Shown: one piece after another, positions 52,691 through 64,000 of the stretch | Layout of the letters: every line of letters starts with the position of its first letter | Numbering within the stretch: the first letter of the stretch is position 1 | Assembly (NCBI GenBank): GCA_051294905.1 | Contig: CM119371.1 | Location: forward strand, 35,590,001-35,654,000 | Reading direction: 5' to 3' | Source of the DNA: Botryllus schlosseri | Taxonomy: Eukaryota | DNA: 64,000 bases | The notes under the pieces: generated by a model | Told to the model about the DNA's origin: nothing | Database searches by the model: none | What the model saw: the letters and a program-made list of their open reading frames with translations, nothing else | Translations under genes and position numbers: made by a program

Positions 52691-54027
52691 CAGTGATTCC
52701 CAACCGCTGCTCTCAGAGCAGCATGCGGCTCCGAGGTAGCCTTCCTGCGGCTCTGATTGACCTCTAAATATGCCACAAAATATAATAGGCGACAGTTGTT
52801 ATTTGTTTCTATAAATAGTTATAGTCAATTTCTGTATATCAATGGTAAAATAAGAGATATTAGTAAGGCCGCTTCTGAATATAGAGAGAGTTCTTGCAGA
52901 GTAGTGTCAAACCCTTGGATGAATACCCGTCAGACTTGGATATATCTTGAGTTCTGCTGGTCATCGACCTTTATATATCGTCTCTATGAAGAGTAAATTT
53001 CGACATAATTATACTAACATCAAGATAACACCTTATAGGCAAGGATAAATTGCAAAAAGTCCTATATTAATCAGCGCATAATCTCTCTCATACTTGTGCA
53101 TTAAGTGCTGGAATGTATGAAGTAGGGCTGTTCAAAAAAAACTTTTTTTCCCGAATCTTGCGGTCTCCGTGATTAAATCGTTAGGTTGCCTTGAAAAACG
53201 ACGCACACCAAATTTGGATTCATTCCAACCAATAATCGCTGATTTCGTAGAGTTTGAAATTTTTGAGTTTACCCATAAATGCAAAAAAATTTATTTTTCC
53301 AAATTTTACTGTCAACCCCATGAAATTGTTGCGCTGTCTTCAAAGACGATGCAAAACAAATCTGACTCAATTCCAACCACAAGAAGCTGATTTATTTCAG
53401 TTTTTTTATGATAATTCTTGGATTATCCACCGATCAAGGATAATCCCCGAATTATCAAAGAAAAACTCAAATAAATCAGCTTCTACATGTTGGAATTGAG
53501 TCAGATTTGTTTTGCATCGTCTTTGAAGACAGCGCAACAATTTCATGGGGTTGACAGAAAAATTTCTAAAAAAAATTTTTTGCATTTAGGGGTAAACTCA
53601 AAAATTTCAAACTCTACGAAATCAGCGATTATTGGTTGGAATGAATCCAAATTTGGTGTGCGTCGTTTTTCAAGGCAACCTAACGATTTAATCACGGAGC
53701 TCGCAAGATTCGGGAAAAAAGTTTTTTTTGAACAGCCCTGAAGAGCTATCATATAACGACATCATAATATGTCGTAATATTGATAGGCAATTTTATTTTA
53801 TTTAAATGTATAACACTCGTCAATCTGTGTCCACCAATGCTAAAATATCCGATAAAGAATCTATGTGCATGCTTTTGAATTAGCTGGATGGTGAAAGCCA
53901 GAGGTAGTCTGGATACCTTTAAATTTCTTTAGTAGCCTACTCGACTGTTTTCATGCGTCTCCACTCTCCATACGTACTGTGAAGTTTTAAATGCAGCTCC
54001 GACATCCAAAAAGGTTGGGAGCCACTG
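52691..54027. mobile_element. hAT-type MITE containing a nested palindromic element
   Basis: TIRs CAGTGATTCCCAACC / GGTTGGGAGCCACTG; TSD GTTTAACC / ATTTAACC; GCGGCTC subterminal motifs. Confidence 0.8.
53124..53739. mobile_element. ~615-bp near-perfect palindromic (foldback) MITE
   Basis: AGGGCTGTTCAAAAAAAACTTTTTT… is the reverse complement of …AAAAAAGTTTTTTTTGAACAGCCCT; the arms pair almost to the centre (~53433). Confidence 0.92.
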
Positions 54028-54391
54028 ATTTAACCGAGAGAACTGATGGTCACAATATTAAGGATGATGCATTTTCCGATTCTTATCAACCACTTTGTTG
54101 CATGTTGTTACTTTTTGACCGCGAATCAGGATTGCAGACATAGTTGAAGAAATATATATTCATTCTTGAGACGCACCCGATTCCGACTTGATATTTCCTT
54201 ATGGGCTGCATCATTATCCTCCGCGTTTCGCATTTGTACGGCGTAACTCATACAACACTATTATATTAAAAATGAAAAATCCAAGTCAACCTGAGTCGTG
54301 CCAAGCGTGAATAAAATTTTCAAGTTTAACAGCTCTCATTTCGTTAATTCAAATTGCATATATTGACGATCGCCAACACACGCGTAATAAC

Positions 54392-54789
54392 TAGGGCAAG
54401 TTTTTGTTGCAGTTAAATCCGTGGAAAGTTGCATTTATTTTTGAAAAAAGTTGAAAAGTTGCAGAAGTTGCATTTTGACCACATTTTGCTCGGTTGACTA
54501 AAAACAAGGTCAATTTTCCGGCTCAGCTCCCGAAATACCCGTAAAAGGGTTACTTCGGTACTGATTTACGGTGTTTCAGTCGAATTTGGCCGTGTATTTC
54601 ACCAAAATCGAAAATACTTTCATGAAAAATCGAAAAAGTTGCAAAAAGTTGCCTGGAAAAAATGGACAAAAGTTGCGAAAAGTTGCACTATAAGATTCCT
54701 TCAAACAGCATTCTACATATCTTACGAGTATTTGGGAAGCTGCCGGAAGCTGTAAAAAAAAGTTGCAAAAGTTGCAAAAACTTGCCCTA
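54392..54789. mobile_element. hAT-type MITE (TAGGGCAAG family), inverted relative to 39972-40452
   Basis: TIRs TAGGGCAAGTTTTTG / CAAAAACTTGCCCTA; TSD GTAATAAC / CTAATAAC. Confidence 0.85.
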
Positions 54790-55457
54790 CTAATAACTGT
54801 TTAACGGCTGCATGCGATCGTGTTTGCAGGTTGGCCATCTCTGGCCTGTTGAAATAAGGATGGACAAGCCAGTGACGTATTTGAAATGCAAATTACTAAC
54901 CAGAGCTCGAGGTTACCGGGCCACTATATCTATCTCAGCCCAATGGCTACACGACGCCCCTACAATTGTGTATAGGCTACACCGCGCTATTCATTAAGGA
55001 TCTCGCAGAAAGTACCAATTCAACATCTCTGAGCTCTCGCAACGGTTTCCTCAAGAATCATTATAGACATATATCGCAATCGGAACAAAATCCGACTTCA
55101 CCCTGTTCTACCCCAAAAGGAACCAACAGATGTCCATTACCAACGTTGAAATCATAAGAACAAAAAAAAAGGAATATGACTTACAAGCTACGTACAGCTG
55201 ATATGAACATTTTACGGTATTGCACATCCGGTAAACATGTCCCGAAGACCCATAAACTTGCCTGTATACTGTGATTGCTAGTCATTAGTCCATTTAAATA
55301 CGGTTCTGGTACACCCCAGTACACCCTATCTGAGTGGTACACCCTTTTAAAATTTTGATATAAGCTGGGGTGTACGATACACCCCGTTAAAGAGCCCTGG
55401 TCTAGAGCTAGTTAATACACGAACTTTGTTAAAAAAATACCACTCCTGTATACAATC

Positions 55458-55860
55458 AGGGGTCGAGGTAGATAGCGTAGTTGCGCGCATCGGTGCCATC
55501 CAATAAGGCGGCGCTGGTTCAATACCCGCCGTCGGAGGTTAATCTCGGCTCCTCGTTCCCCGTGTCGCTGTTCCTACGGCGAGGAAAAAAGCCCAGGAAA
55601 AAAAAAAACTCAATAAAGAAAGAAAAAGAGCAAGAAATAGCTTCTGAAAAAAGACCGACGAAGAAAGAATGACATCGAAGAAGACTGTGACATCAGGCAC
55701 TAGGTCGAGGTGGATGCCAGTTCAAGAGACCCCAACTGGTTGCTCGTTCGGCATCCCCCTATCTGTTCATTTCATTGAATTGTGTGTCCTGTATATCGCC
55801 TTGTACATTGTGTGTGTGTGTCTTGAGCAGATGGAAATATAATCTGACGATTGATTGAAT
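55458..55860 (+). mobile_element. Possible tRNA-derived SINE
   Basis: GC-rich head with B-box-like GGTTCAATACC (55516-55526), A-rich middle, tail ending …GAAATATAATCTGACGATTGATTGA; no second copy or TSD in the window. Confidence 0.35.
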
Positions 55861-55969
55861 CGATAGGCAAAGCATTGCCAGTGTGACGTCATACCCCATT
55901 TTAAATCCCTCTATGGGGTGCTAAAGAGTGCCCGTAATCTGGGCCTTAGTACTTAGATGAAATATAATA

Positions 55970-56410
55970 TAGGGTTACCATACGTCCTCTTTTAAGAGGA
56001 TTAGTCCTCTTTTTTGACTTTTTTGAAAGTGTCCTCGGAGGACGCCCTTTTGTCCTCTTTTTTGAAAATTTAGGTCAGAAATAGAGCAAATTGCGAGTGA
56101 TATGCCGTAAATTAGCACAGAAATGACGCTCCGGCGGGTATTTCGGAGTGAAAAACGGTGACTTTAGCTCTGGGCGGAAAAATGACTTTTTTTTTTTAGT
56201 CATCCACCTAGCAATGCGGAAAGAAAAACGGTATTTTGAGCTCTGAGCGTAAAAGATGACTTTTATTTTTTATTTTTTTATTTTTTTTATTCAACCGATC
56301 ACAAAGTGGGAAAAATTCACCGATTTTTGAGAATTCTTCTCCGGTTTTGCAAGTCTCAAAATTTCTGAAAAAGTGTCCTCTTTTTAGATTTCCAAAATAT
56401 GGTAAGCCTA
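55970..56410. mobile_element. MITE (TAGGGTTACCATA family), copy 1
   Basis: TIRs TAGGGTTACCATA / TATGGTAAGCCTA; flanking ATATAATA duplicated; GTCCTC repeats. Confidence 0.85.
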
Positions 56411-56416
56411 ATATAA

Positions 56417-56825
56417 TAGGGTTACCATACGTCCTCTTTTAAGAGGATTTGTCCTCTTGACTTTTTTGAAAGCGTCCTCGGAGGACGCCCTTTTCTCCTC
56501 TTTTTTCAGATTTTGTCCTCTTTGAGAATTTTGGTCAAATTGACGGCCAAAATCGACTGAGATGCCGTAAATCAGCACTGAAGTCACGCTCAGGCGGGTG
56601 TTTCAGGAGCTGAACCGTAGGTGACCTTTTTTCCAGTCAACCACCGCATAATGTGAAGGAAAACACTGTATTTTGGGCCCCGAGCGTTAAAGTTGACTTT
56701 TTTTCAGTCAACCGACCACGAGTGTGAAAAATATACCACCATTTCAGGATTTTCCACCGGCTTCGCATGTCTGAAAATTCTGAAAAAGTGTCCTCTTTTC
56801 AGATTTCCAAAATATGGTAACCCTA
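56417..56825. mobile_element. MITE (TAGGGTTACCATA family), copy 2, head-to-tail with copy 1
   Basis: TIRs TAGGGTTACCATA / TATGGTAACCCTA; colinear with but diverged from copy 1. Confidence 0.85.
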
Positions 56826-57032
56826 AATTAAAAGTAGTACTTATAGATACTGACCTCTACAATCTACATGCTACAAATCTTATATGCGGCCGAAACTGAC
56901 TAAAAGATCGATGTCCGATGATTTATTGCCGTATAAGATACGTCATTCATTAACGATTACATGTGTAGATATGTCGTATATATATATTAACAATATACAT
57001 CGATGTTTGCATTTCTGTGATACTGACGAGGT

Positions 57033-57534
57033 TTAGGTGTTGCTTGCTTGCGCTGTTCTTTTCTTCCATTCGTTTTTGTCCCGTTTCTTCTCTGACTCAT
57101 CCGGAACTACTATTTTCAGTTTAGCCACGGCCGTCCTCTCGTAGACCACGAGTCGCTGCAGCGTCTCCATCCTCTCCAATTCATCGGGAAAATCCAGCGC
57201 CCTGCGACAAGCGTACTGCCCGTTACGCGACCAGTCCAAAGCCTCTATAGTGTTCCCGCAGTCTATCAGGTACTCCACGTACAGCGCCAGCGTCAAGGCG
57301 TACGAGCGTTGCTTTACTTTCTGCAGGTTGAGCCTCGTCATGCGCTTCATCAGCGACTTGAAGAAGGCGTCCGTTTCGGGACTCTTGTCCGACGCTAGCT
57401 CGCAGATTCCGTGACTGCAGTCGCAAATGATTTTGACAGCTGTGGCCTTTTTCGCATGTTTAATCTTCGACGTGGCGAACTTCAACGTGGCGAAAAGGCG
57501 GCGGAGAAACTTCAAGGGTTGATTGTGGCATGAC
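57033..57534 (-). CDS. Terminal exon of uncharacterised helical (TPR-like) protein, paralog B
   Basis: Acceptor TTTTAAG on the minus strand; phase 2 matches the upstream exon (…FGSR|SCHNQPLKFLRR…); YALTLALYVEYLIDCGNTIEAL…ACRRALD aligns to the paralog A C-terminus. Confidence 0.7.
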
Positions 57535-58002
57535 CTTAAAATTCAAATGGAGAGTGTCTTCTAGATAAGTGCTGTTGTTGAATACTACCTTGAATGTCTA
57601 CCTTCGTCTGTGCATGCAAAATATATGTGTTATGTTGTATTATATCATGTTATATATGATGGTATGTACAATGTACATACCCACCGTATAAAATTATGTA
57701 TTGTTATCGACGTAGTGTATAGGCCTACTCAATGTGAACTGCTTCTTTCATACGTAGGCCCACATAACAATGTTGAAAACATGAGAATAGTTAAGATCTG
57801 ACTGAAAAAATGAAAATTTTATTAAATTTTTTTTTCTATCAATCTGAAAAATACAGTTCGAAATTTGAAAATTGGACAAAAGCTGTATACTTTGATTCGA
57901 CCGTGACGATGTATGTCGATTCCCTCGTCGTCTCCTAGTCGACCTTGCCATATTTTCATATTTATTGGTGTGATAAACAAAAGCCTATCTATCTATAGAT
58001 AC

Positions 58003-58387
58003 CTGCTGCCAAACTTGAGCATGTGGTAACCCTTCCAACCAACGGAATTGATCATACTCATGACCATGTCGGAGTACTCATCACTGCTGGCAAATTTCTC
58101 CACGTTTTGAGCCATGGCGGCATGCACTACCATCCACCCGACGCGATGACTCGGCGTGTCTAGCAACCTGCCCCAGAAGAACAGTTGCGTGGTGCTAAAT
58201 GACTTTAAACACCGCAGGATAGCTTCGATGGTGGCCATCACAGCCTTCATTTTCGTCGAATGCAGCTGACACTCCGCTAAAAGAACCAGGCAGTCCAATT
58301 CCAGCGGAGATTGATAACGCTCGATGTCTCGAAGCTTCGCGACAGCCCCGTCGTAGTCTTGTTTCACGTATCTTACGAAGGCGATGT
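58003..58387 (-). CDS. Internal exon of paralog B
   Basis: Acceptor TTTTTCTATACGTCAAG, donor CAG|GTATCT; IAFVRYVKQDYDGAVAKLRDIERYQSPLELDCLVLLAEC matches paralog A VAF…LDCLLLNAEC at the same phase-1 splice position; first exon not securely located. Confidence 0.7.
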
Positions 58388-58583
58388 CTTGACGTATAGA
58401 AAAAATGGATTTGTGATCGAGAGTTACAATTTCCTAATGAGTTGCGCCGCTGTAGGATATGTAGAGCGGAATTGGGAAGGAATATAATAATGCGAAACGA
58501 AAATTTGATGGAATTATTCATACAGAATATACTCAGATCAGGTCCGTAACAAAGATCACGTAGGTTTCGTCTTACTTACCAGC

Positions 58584-58732
58584 CGAGTCATGATTCGATT
58601 TCTTATTGACTCGACTTAACTCGAGTCATTTTCTTGAAAATGGAAAATAACTCCACACGACTTGAGTCAATTTGGGTATTGACTCGACTTGTACTAAAGT
58701 CATTTCGCACGATTCGACCTAGTCATACGACT
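58584..58732. mobile_element. Fragment of the GACTCGAGTC-rich MITE family
   Basis: GACTCGACTTAACTCGAGTCATTTT…CGACTTGAGTC resembles 49255-49340; boundaries approximate. Confidence 0.6.
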
Positions 58733-59354
58733 GGAGACATAGGCGCCGAGTTACGGAGTGGCACATTTATGGGGTGGCGGCCACCCCATACAATAAGATT
58801 AATCGCCCGCCGTCTGCGATTTTAAATCATTAGCGCTGTCAATTATCGAGTCCGTGATAGCGCGTAGATGCCAACTATTTACCATTCACTGATACGCGCG
58901 CGAATAATTGAATACGCAGCTTCGTCGGCGAAGTGCTTAAAACGCCTCAATAAATTGTAATCCGTGATTAGTAATCAGACAATCGAAGCAACTTCGTTTA
59001 CGACGTCGATTTCGACACGCTTGCGCTGCGAAACACCATATTGTCTCTCGAGCAGACCAGCGAATTCACGTTCTCCTTCTCTTAATTAAATTGCATTTGT
59101 GCCCATATTCGTTTACAAAATAATTCTTGAGTTAGATCGGTGATAGTCTCTTTAATTAGAGGCTTGGAGCGCGAAATAGGACAATGTGTCTGTGTATGCC
59201 TGCGAATCGAAAGTCATTCACGCGCAAAGTTGGCATAATCATCATTCTAACAAGGCTGTGCCAACTTTTATCGGGAAACGCAACAATGCAGCTCCAACGT
59301 CGTTATAATGAGCAAACAATTGTCGCCGCGATGTCAACTCGGAACCCCATTATG

Positions 59355-59729
59355 TAGGGTTACCATATTTTGGAATCGGGAAAGGAGGACACTTTTTCAA
59401 AATTTTCAAACCCAGAATTCCGGAGAACAATCAAAAATCTTTCTCGCCAGCGCCCAAAATACAAATTTTTCTTTCACGTGTGCAGGTGGTTGACTAAAAA
59501 ATAAAAATAAGGTCATCTTTCCGGCTCGGCTTCCGAAATACCCGCCGGAGCTCTACATCGGTGCTAATTTACGGTATATTACTCCAATTTGTCTGTTAAT
59601 TTGACCAAAATTCTCAAAAAAGAGGACAAAATCTCAAAAAGAAGGACATTTGGGCGTCCTCGGAGGATATTTTAAAATACCTGAAAAAGGAAGACAAATC
59701 CTCCTAAAGGAGGACGTATGGTAACCCTA
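59355..59729. mobile_element. MITE (TAGGGTTACCATA family), copy 3, inverted
   Basis: TIRs TAGGGTTACCATA / TATGGTAACCCTA; CATTATG occurs on both flanks. Confidence 0.85.
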
Positions 59730-61266
59730 CAACATTATGCTGTACGAATCACTAATTAGATGCACGCTTTCACGTTTGCTATCATCTGTAGGCTACTAAT
59801 TCTTGTCTGCTTTATACATTCGTATTCCCTCGGTATCTCTTGTCAGTGTTTGATTTGGTATTAATACTGCGCTTTGTGCAGTACACGGCGTTGAATTACG
59901 TTGTCGAATATTGATGCAACACGAGATTCTAGGTGGCGCAAATTCTGAATTTATTCGATTAGTTCGAACGCGAGTCTTTTATGTTCCAATAAACTTCATT
60001 GTTGGACGCACTCTATCGAGCGCAACCATATCGCAACCATTTCTATTGATAAGGTCGCGGCATGCGCCCATATTGCTCATGCTGCAATAACATGTGGGTA
60101 ATTAAAAGCGCACCATTTTACGGTCAAATTCGACTGCTTGATCGGGGCCTACGTAGGCCGTAGGCTCCGGGCTGACATTAAACAGCTCGTTGTCGGCATT
60201 AAAATTCCAGGTGCGTAGCCAAGGAGTTTCTCATTTTAAACTAGAAATTCCGTCCTTTTGAAATGCCAATTCACTAATTCGTATTATCGATGCTGCGTCC
60301 GGCAAATTATCGAGAATCATTTGTATGTGAAATGGGTCACCGATATTTCATGTGCACTATCGTCGGTGGTTTGATTTAGTGCGTCCACATGCAGGCCTGC
60401 TACCGTCTGCACAAACACTTTCGCCAAGCAGTAACAATCTCTGAGTGTAATATTGTTTGTGTTTATGTATCTTTTTGATTAAAACTTATGCCCGTGTCTG
60501 AACAATCTGGGCTCGTTGCCATTGCCGAGTCTGGGTATGTAGATTGTAGGTGTGACAAGTGCACCCTGTAATTGTAATTATTGCAGGTTTGCGGCGTGTC
60601 TGCAATTTCGTTATCAGCGCAACCTTGCCGGCCGATTCTACAGTCCGATGAAATTGACCTCTACTATGTATTCCGCACAGCGTACTGATGCTCATTTTAG
60701 CAAACTATCGATCCTTATTAGATGTACTAATTTGACCTCATCGTTAGAAACGTATATTTCATCTCGCGCTCCGAGAAACATCATCTTCTATCGCGATTTC
60801 ACGACCAAATAGACGTTCACCTTTTACAAATTAAAGTGCAATATTTGCATCGATGAGGGCCGCAATACGCGTTTAAAATATTTTGTGAACCATTTTTGTG
60901 ATAAATATTCTCGGAGCGCAAGGTTTAACAGTGTTTTATTGTGTGTGCCAGCTAGTTGGAATTTATTCCAGTGCCAATAATATTAATCCAATTTTTCTTT
61001 GCGAACGTAAATCGGGAAATGCAGCAATGCAGTCAAAATCGATGTTTTAATCAGCAACCAATGTGGCGATGCGAGCTTATACACACTACCAAGTAAAAAG
61101 CTATTGTGTTGGCGATAAGGGATAATTACTGATTGGCCGCGCGCGTTTGTAATCATAATTCTTGTCTGTCTTTCGTGTTCCAGAATTGTCTCGCTGTGTT
61201 ACTGCTCAGTCCAGCGACGAATGCCGAGTGCGCGGCAAGTAATGACCTAATTTTGAAATCGTCTAA

Positions 61267-63054
61267 AGGCCTCTGCACACTGACCTCGCGACGCAACATC
61301 GCGAGTTGCGCGTTGCGAGTTGCGAGTCGTAAGCCGCGAAGCTATGCACACTGGTCCCGGCAGTGCCCACAAGCGGCAACTACAGCTCTTGCGCGTTCTG
61401 TCCGAAGTCTCGCAATGGATACACATTGCACAGCTCCCGATAGATCGCTAAATGAATATTTCGATGGGTATACATGGGTTTGTCAATGAATAAGATGACG
61501 TCTTATATGCACAGTTGCACGCACTTTTCCATTAACGAACCAATATCATATTTCAATGCTGAAAACGCATAATCTGGGTGACCCAGTTAAAGGCGCTCTT
61601 TCCGGTTGCCGATCCAAATTTCTGGAGTTCTAGCTGTAGCCTATTATGCTACAGACACCAAGCCTTTCTGTATTCCACTGCCTCAGTGACTGCATCAACT
61701 GTCAAGCACTCATACATTAATTTCTCGATATGATAGAGGAAAACATTCAAATGCATTATAATTTTATTGTAAATGAATTAAGTCTTAACAATATTCAAAT
61801 ATAACTCTGGGATTCTTTCCTTTTCAATCTTCGATTCGCCCTCAGTTATCAAGCATGGAAACTGATCCGTAGGCCTGGTTGATTCATTCTCCATAACGAT
61901 GCATAGTCCATTTCTGACTTATAATATTAGCCACTACAATTCGTACCGAAGTCTGATAAAGAGGAGAATAGACGAAATCTAACATCAAGAGTTACACTGC
62001 TGCTACCTAGTCAACAAAAAGATTTTCAGACGTCGTGTACTGAGATGTACCGGTATCTGAAATATACATCAGTGAACCCATGACATACCACGATTATATG
62101 TACCTGCTTAACCCAGTTTCCAACCAATGTACTCTGTACAGGTTAAAATGAATCAGACAAGGTATATTTTTAATAAATCCACCTGTAGACATACAATGAC
62201 TGAGAGTTTCGCGGTATCGGTACTGCCGGAGCTGGTTGGCCTTTGGTAATTACCAAGTACCGGTACTGCTTACAGTAGAATGCGCTCTTGCAGTTAAGCT
62301 TCAAGTTTTAAAATGGCCTCAAATCAGTCTAAGTTCAATGAGGAAACAATTATAGATGCCAAAACACGCAATACCCGGACAAACTATTGCGGTGACATAG
62401 AGCTAACGATCAGTAACTGCTGACCACGTGACCAGTCGCTCGCAACTCGCGACAAAGTTGAAAATTTTCAACTTTGTCGCGGAGTTGCGCAACCCTGTCG
62501 CAGACGGCATGTTGCGAGTTGCCGGCGACTGGTTCTATACCAATACCGAGAAAACCATTACCGAGAATGGACGTTACCGAGAATGCCATTACCGAGAATG
62601 GACATTACCGAGAACGGACATTACCGAGAATGGTCATTCCGAGAATGGACACCACCGAGAATGGACATTACCGAGAATGGCCAATGTCAAGAATATAGCT
62701 TACTGGGACTGACGTTGCCGAGAAATGTATACCTGAGCATCGATACCCAATGTGGCAACGCCGTGATGCACTCACACGACCTGTGCATATGCATAACATG
62801 CCTGCATTGCATATATTGCATTCTCGGTAATGTCCATTCTCTGTGGTGTCCATTCTCGGTAATGTCCATTCTCTGTGGTGTCCATTCTCGGTAATGTCCA
62901 TTCTCGGTGGTGTCCATTCTCGGTAATGGCATTCTCGGTAATGGTTTTCTCGGTATTGTCCGGACACCCCGGCGACTCCGGTCTGCATGGTCCAGTCGCA
63001 GACAGGCGCGATTCTCTCGTTTTATCGGGTCGCGAGCTCAGTGTGCAGAGGCCT
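61267..63054. mobile_element. Non-autonomous PIF/Harbinger-like element
   Basis: TIRs AGGCCTCTGCACACTGACCTCGCGAC / GTCGCGAGCTCAGTGTGCAGAGGCCT; flanked by TAA and TTA (TWA-type target); GTTGCGAG/TCGCAAC subterminal motifs. Confidence 0.78.
62531..62968. mobile_element. Nested Mutator-like foldback MITE with tandem-repeat arms
   Basis: Perfect 9-bp TSD CCGGCGACT (62522-62530 and 62969-62977); GG…CC ends; 15-16-bp repeats ATTACCGAGAATGGAC on the left with inverted copies on the right. Confidence 0.85.
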
Positions 63055-63186
63055 TTAGCGGGAGATCGCGTCGCGTTACATTGTGCGATATGCGTTCACA
63101 CTGCACACTGCACAGAAGAACCTCGCTAATTGGTCGCGGTCGCGCGTAGCACTGATAATACGACTTGTTGAATTACAACTGAATAT

Positions 63187-63409
63187 TAGGATCAGAATGG
63201 TCATTCCAAAAGGACGGGGTTTTGCGTTTCAAAAGGAAAATAAATAACATACTATATGACTTGAACTAGGACTCGAGTCTTAACACGATGACTCAAGTCT
63301 TCACACGATGACTCGGACACGGTCCGTTGCTCCTTGACTTAAGCACGTACCAGACTCGGTGGTGAATACAAAATGATTCGACTTGAGTCGAGTCAAAACT
63401 ACAACACTG
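63187..63409. mobile_element. Degenerate copy of the GACTCGAGTC-rich MITE family
   Basis: GGACTCGAGTC and CGACTTGAGTCGAGTC motifs; ends TAGGATC / TACAACACTG; boundaries approximate. Confidence 0.5.
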
Positions 63410-64000
63410 GTCAACACATATTCTTAGCAGACAAAGTAAGAGTGGTTTTAGGGGTTCTGAGGGGCACTGATTCCGAATATGACCTAAGTTTTTTCAAATT
63501 GGCTCTTGTTTTGGAGGTAACCCACGGGGCTATTTTGACAAAAATATCCCATTTTCACTGTAATGGCTTGATAGAAAAACGACTCAGTCGTACTATAAAG
63601 TTTAGAAATTCAATCTACTTGTTATTTTTACACAGAGAAGACTCTCTTTTAAATCAAAATACAGCAACAGCACTATATTTAGGGGTGTTAGATTGATCTT
63701 AGTTATAGACTTTCACGGATATCTTGTACGTAAATAAACTCCAGTCATGTATATAAGTATTTACCTAGATATTCAAATAAAGTGGCATTAATTCAATCAG
63801 TTTTACGTCAACCACCTATTGTAAATTTGAAATAATCAATTGAAATATAATATTATTCATTTATTTTGAAGCACAATTGTTTTTTTTACGATTTTCGCCT
63901 GTAAGCAATTTAGTGCGGTTTCTCGAAAGTTTCCAGCAATGGTCTGCCCTAATCAACGAATTACTTCTACTTTTTGGAAGTACTCAAGTAGTTTTCCTCT

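Noticed and set aside
53169..53752. Mirror-image ORFs on both strands
   Set aside because: By-product of the palindromic MITE
55458..55540. tRNA gene
   Set aside because: Only a B-box-like motif; I could not fold a convincing cloverleaf, so it is kept as a low-confidence SINE
62428..63149. ORFs with TENGHYRE / LPRMD repeats
   Set aside because: Translations of the 15-16-bp tandem repeats of a MITE, open in several frames

Overview
Eukaryotic, AT-rich, repeat-dense DNA, most likely from an invertebrate animal (spliceosomal introns, many MITEs); the species cannot be determined from the sequence. The first half (1-~31.9 kb) is a homogeneous 210-bp satellite array of roughly 125 monomers with higher-order structure. 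A full-length, intact I-group non-LTR retrotransposon (402-5827; CCHC ORF1 plus APE-RT-RNaseH ORF2; 11-12 bp TSD; (CAA)n tail) interrupts it. Directly after the array lies a minus-strand ORF with a Ulp1/C48-like cysteine protease and a PHD finger, followed ~1.5 kb later by ~2.8 copies of the same monomer in inverted orientation. This layout suggests a foldback (Mutator/Rehavkus-like) transposon with one arm expanded into a satellite, which is an inference and the main candidate finding. The second half holds an ARH3/ADPRS-like gene with an uninterrupted CDS, two divergent convergently oriented paralogs of an unnamed helical (TPR-like) family whose exons I reconstructed by hand, and many, often nested, non-autonomous DNA transposons (hAT-type with 8-bp TSDs, a Harbinger-like element, a Mutator-like element with a 9-bp TSD, and a ~615-bp palindrome).
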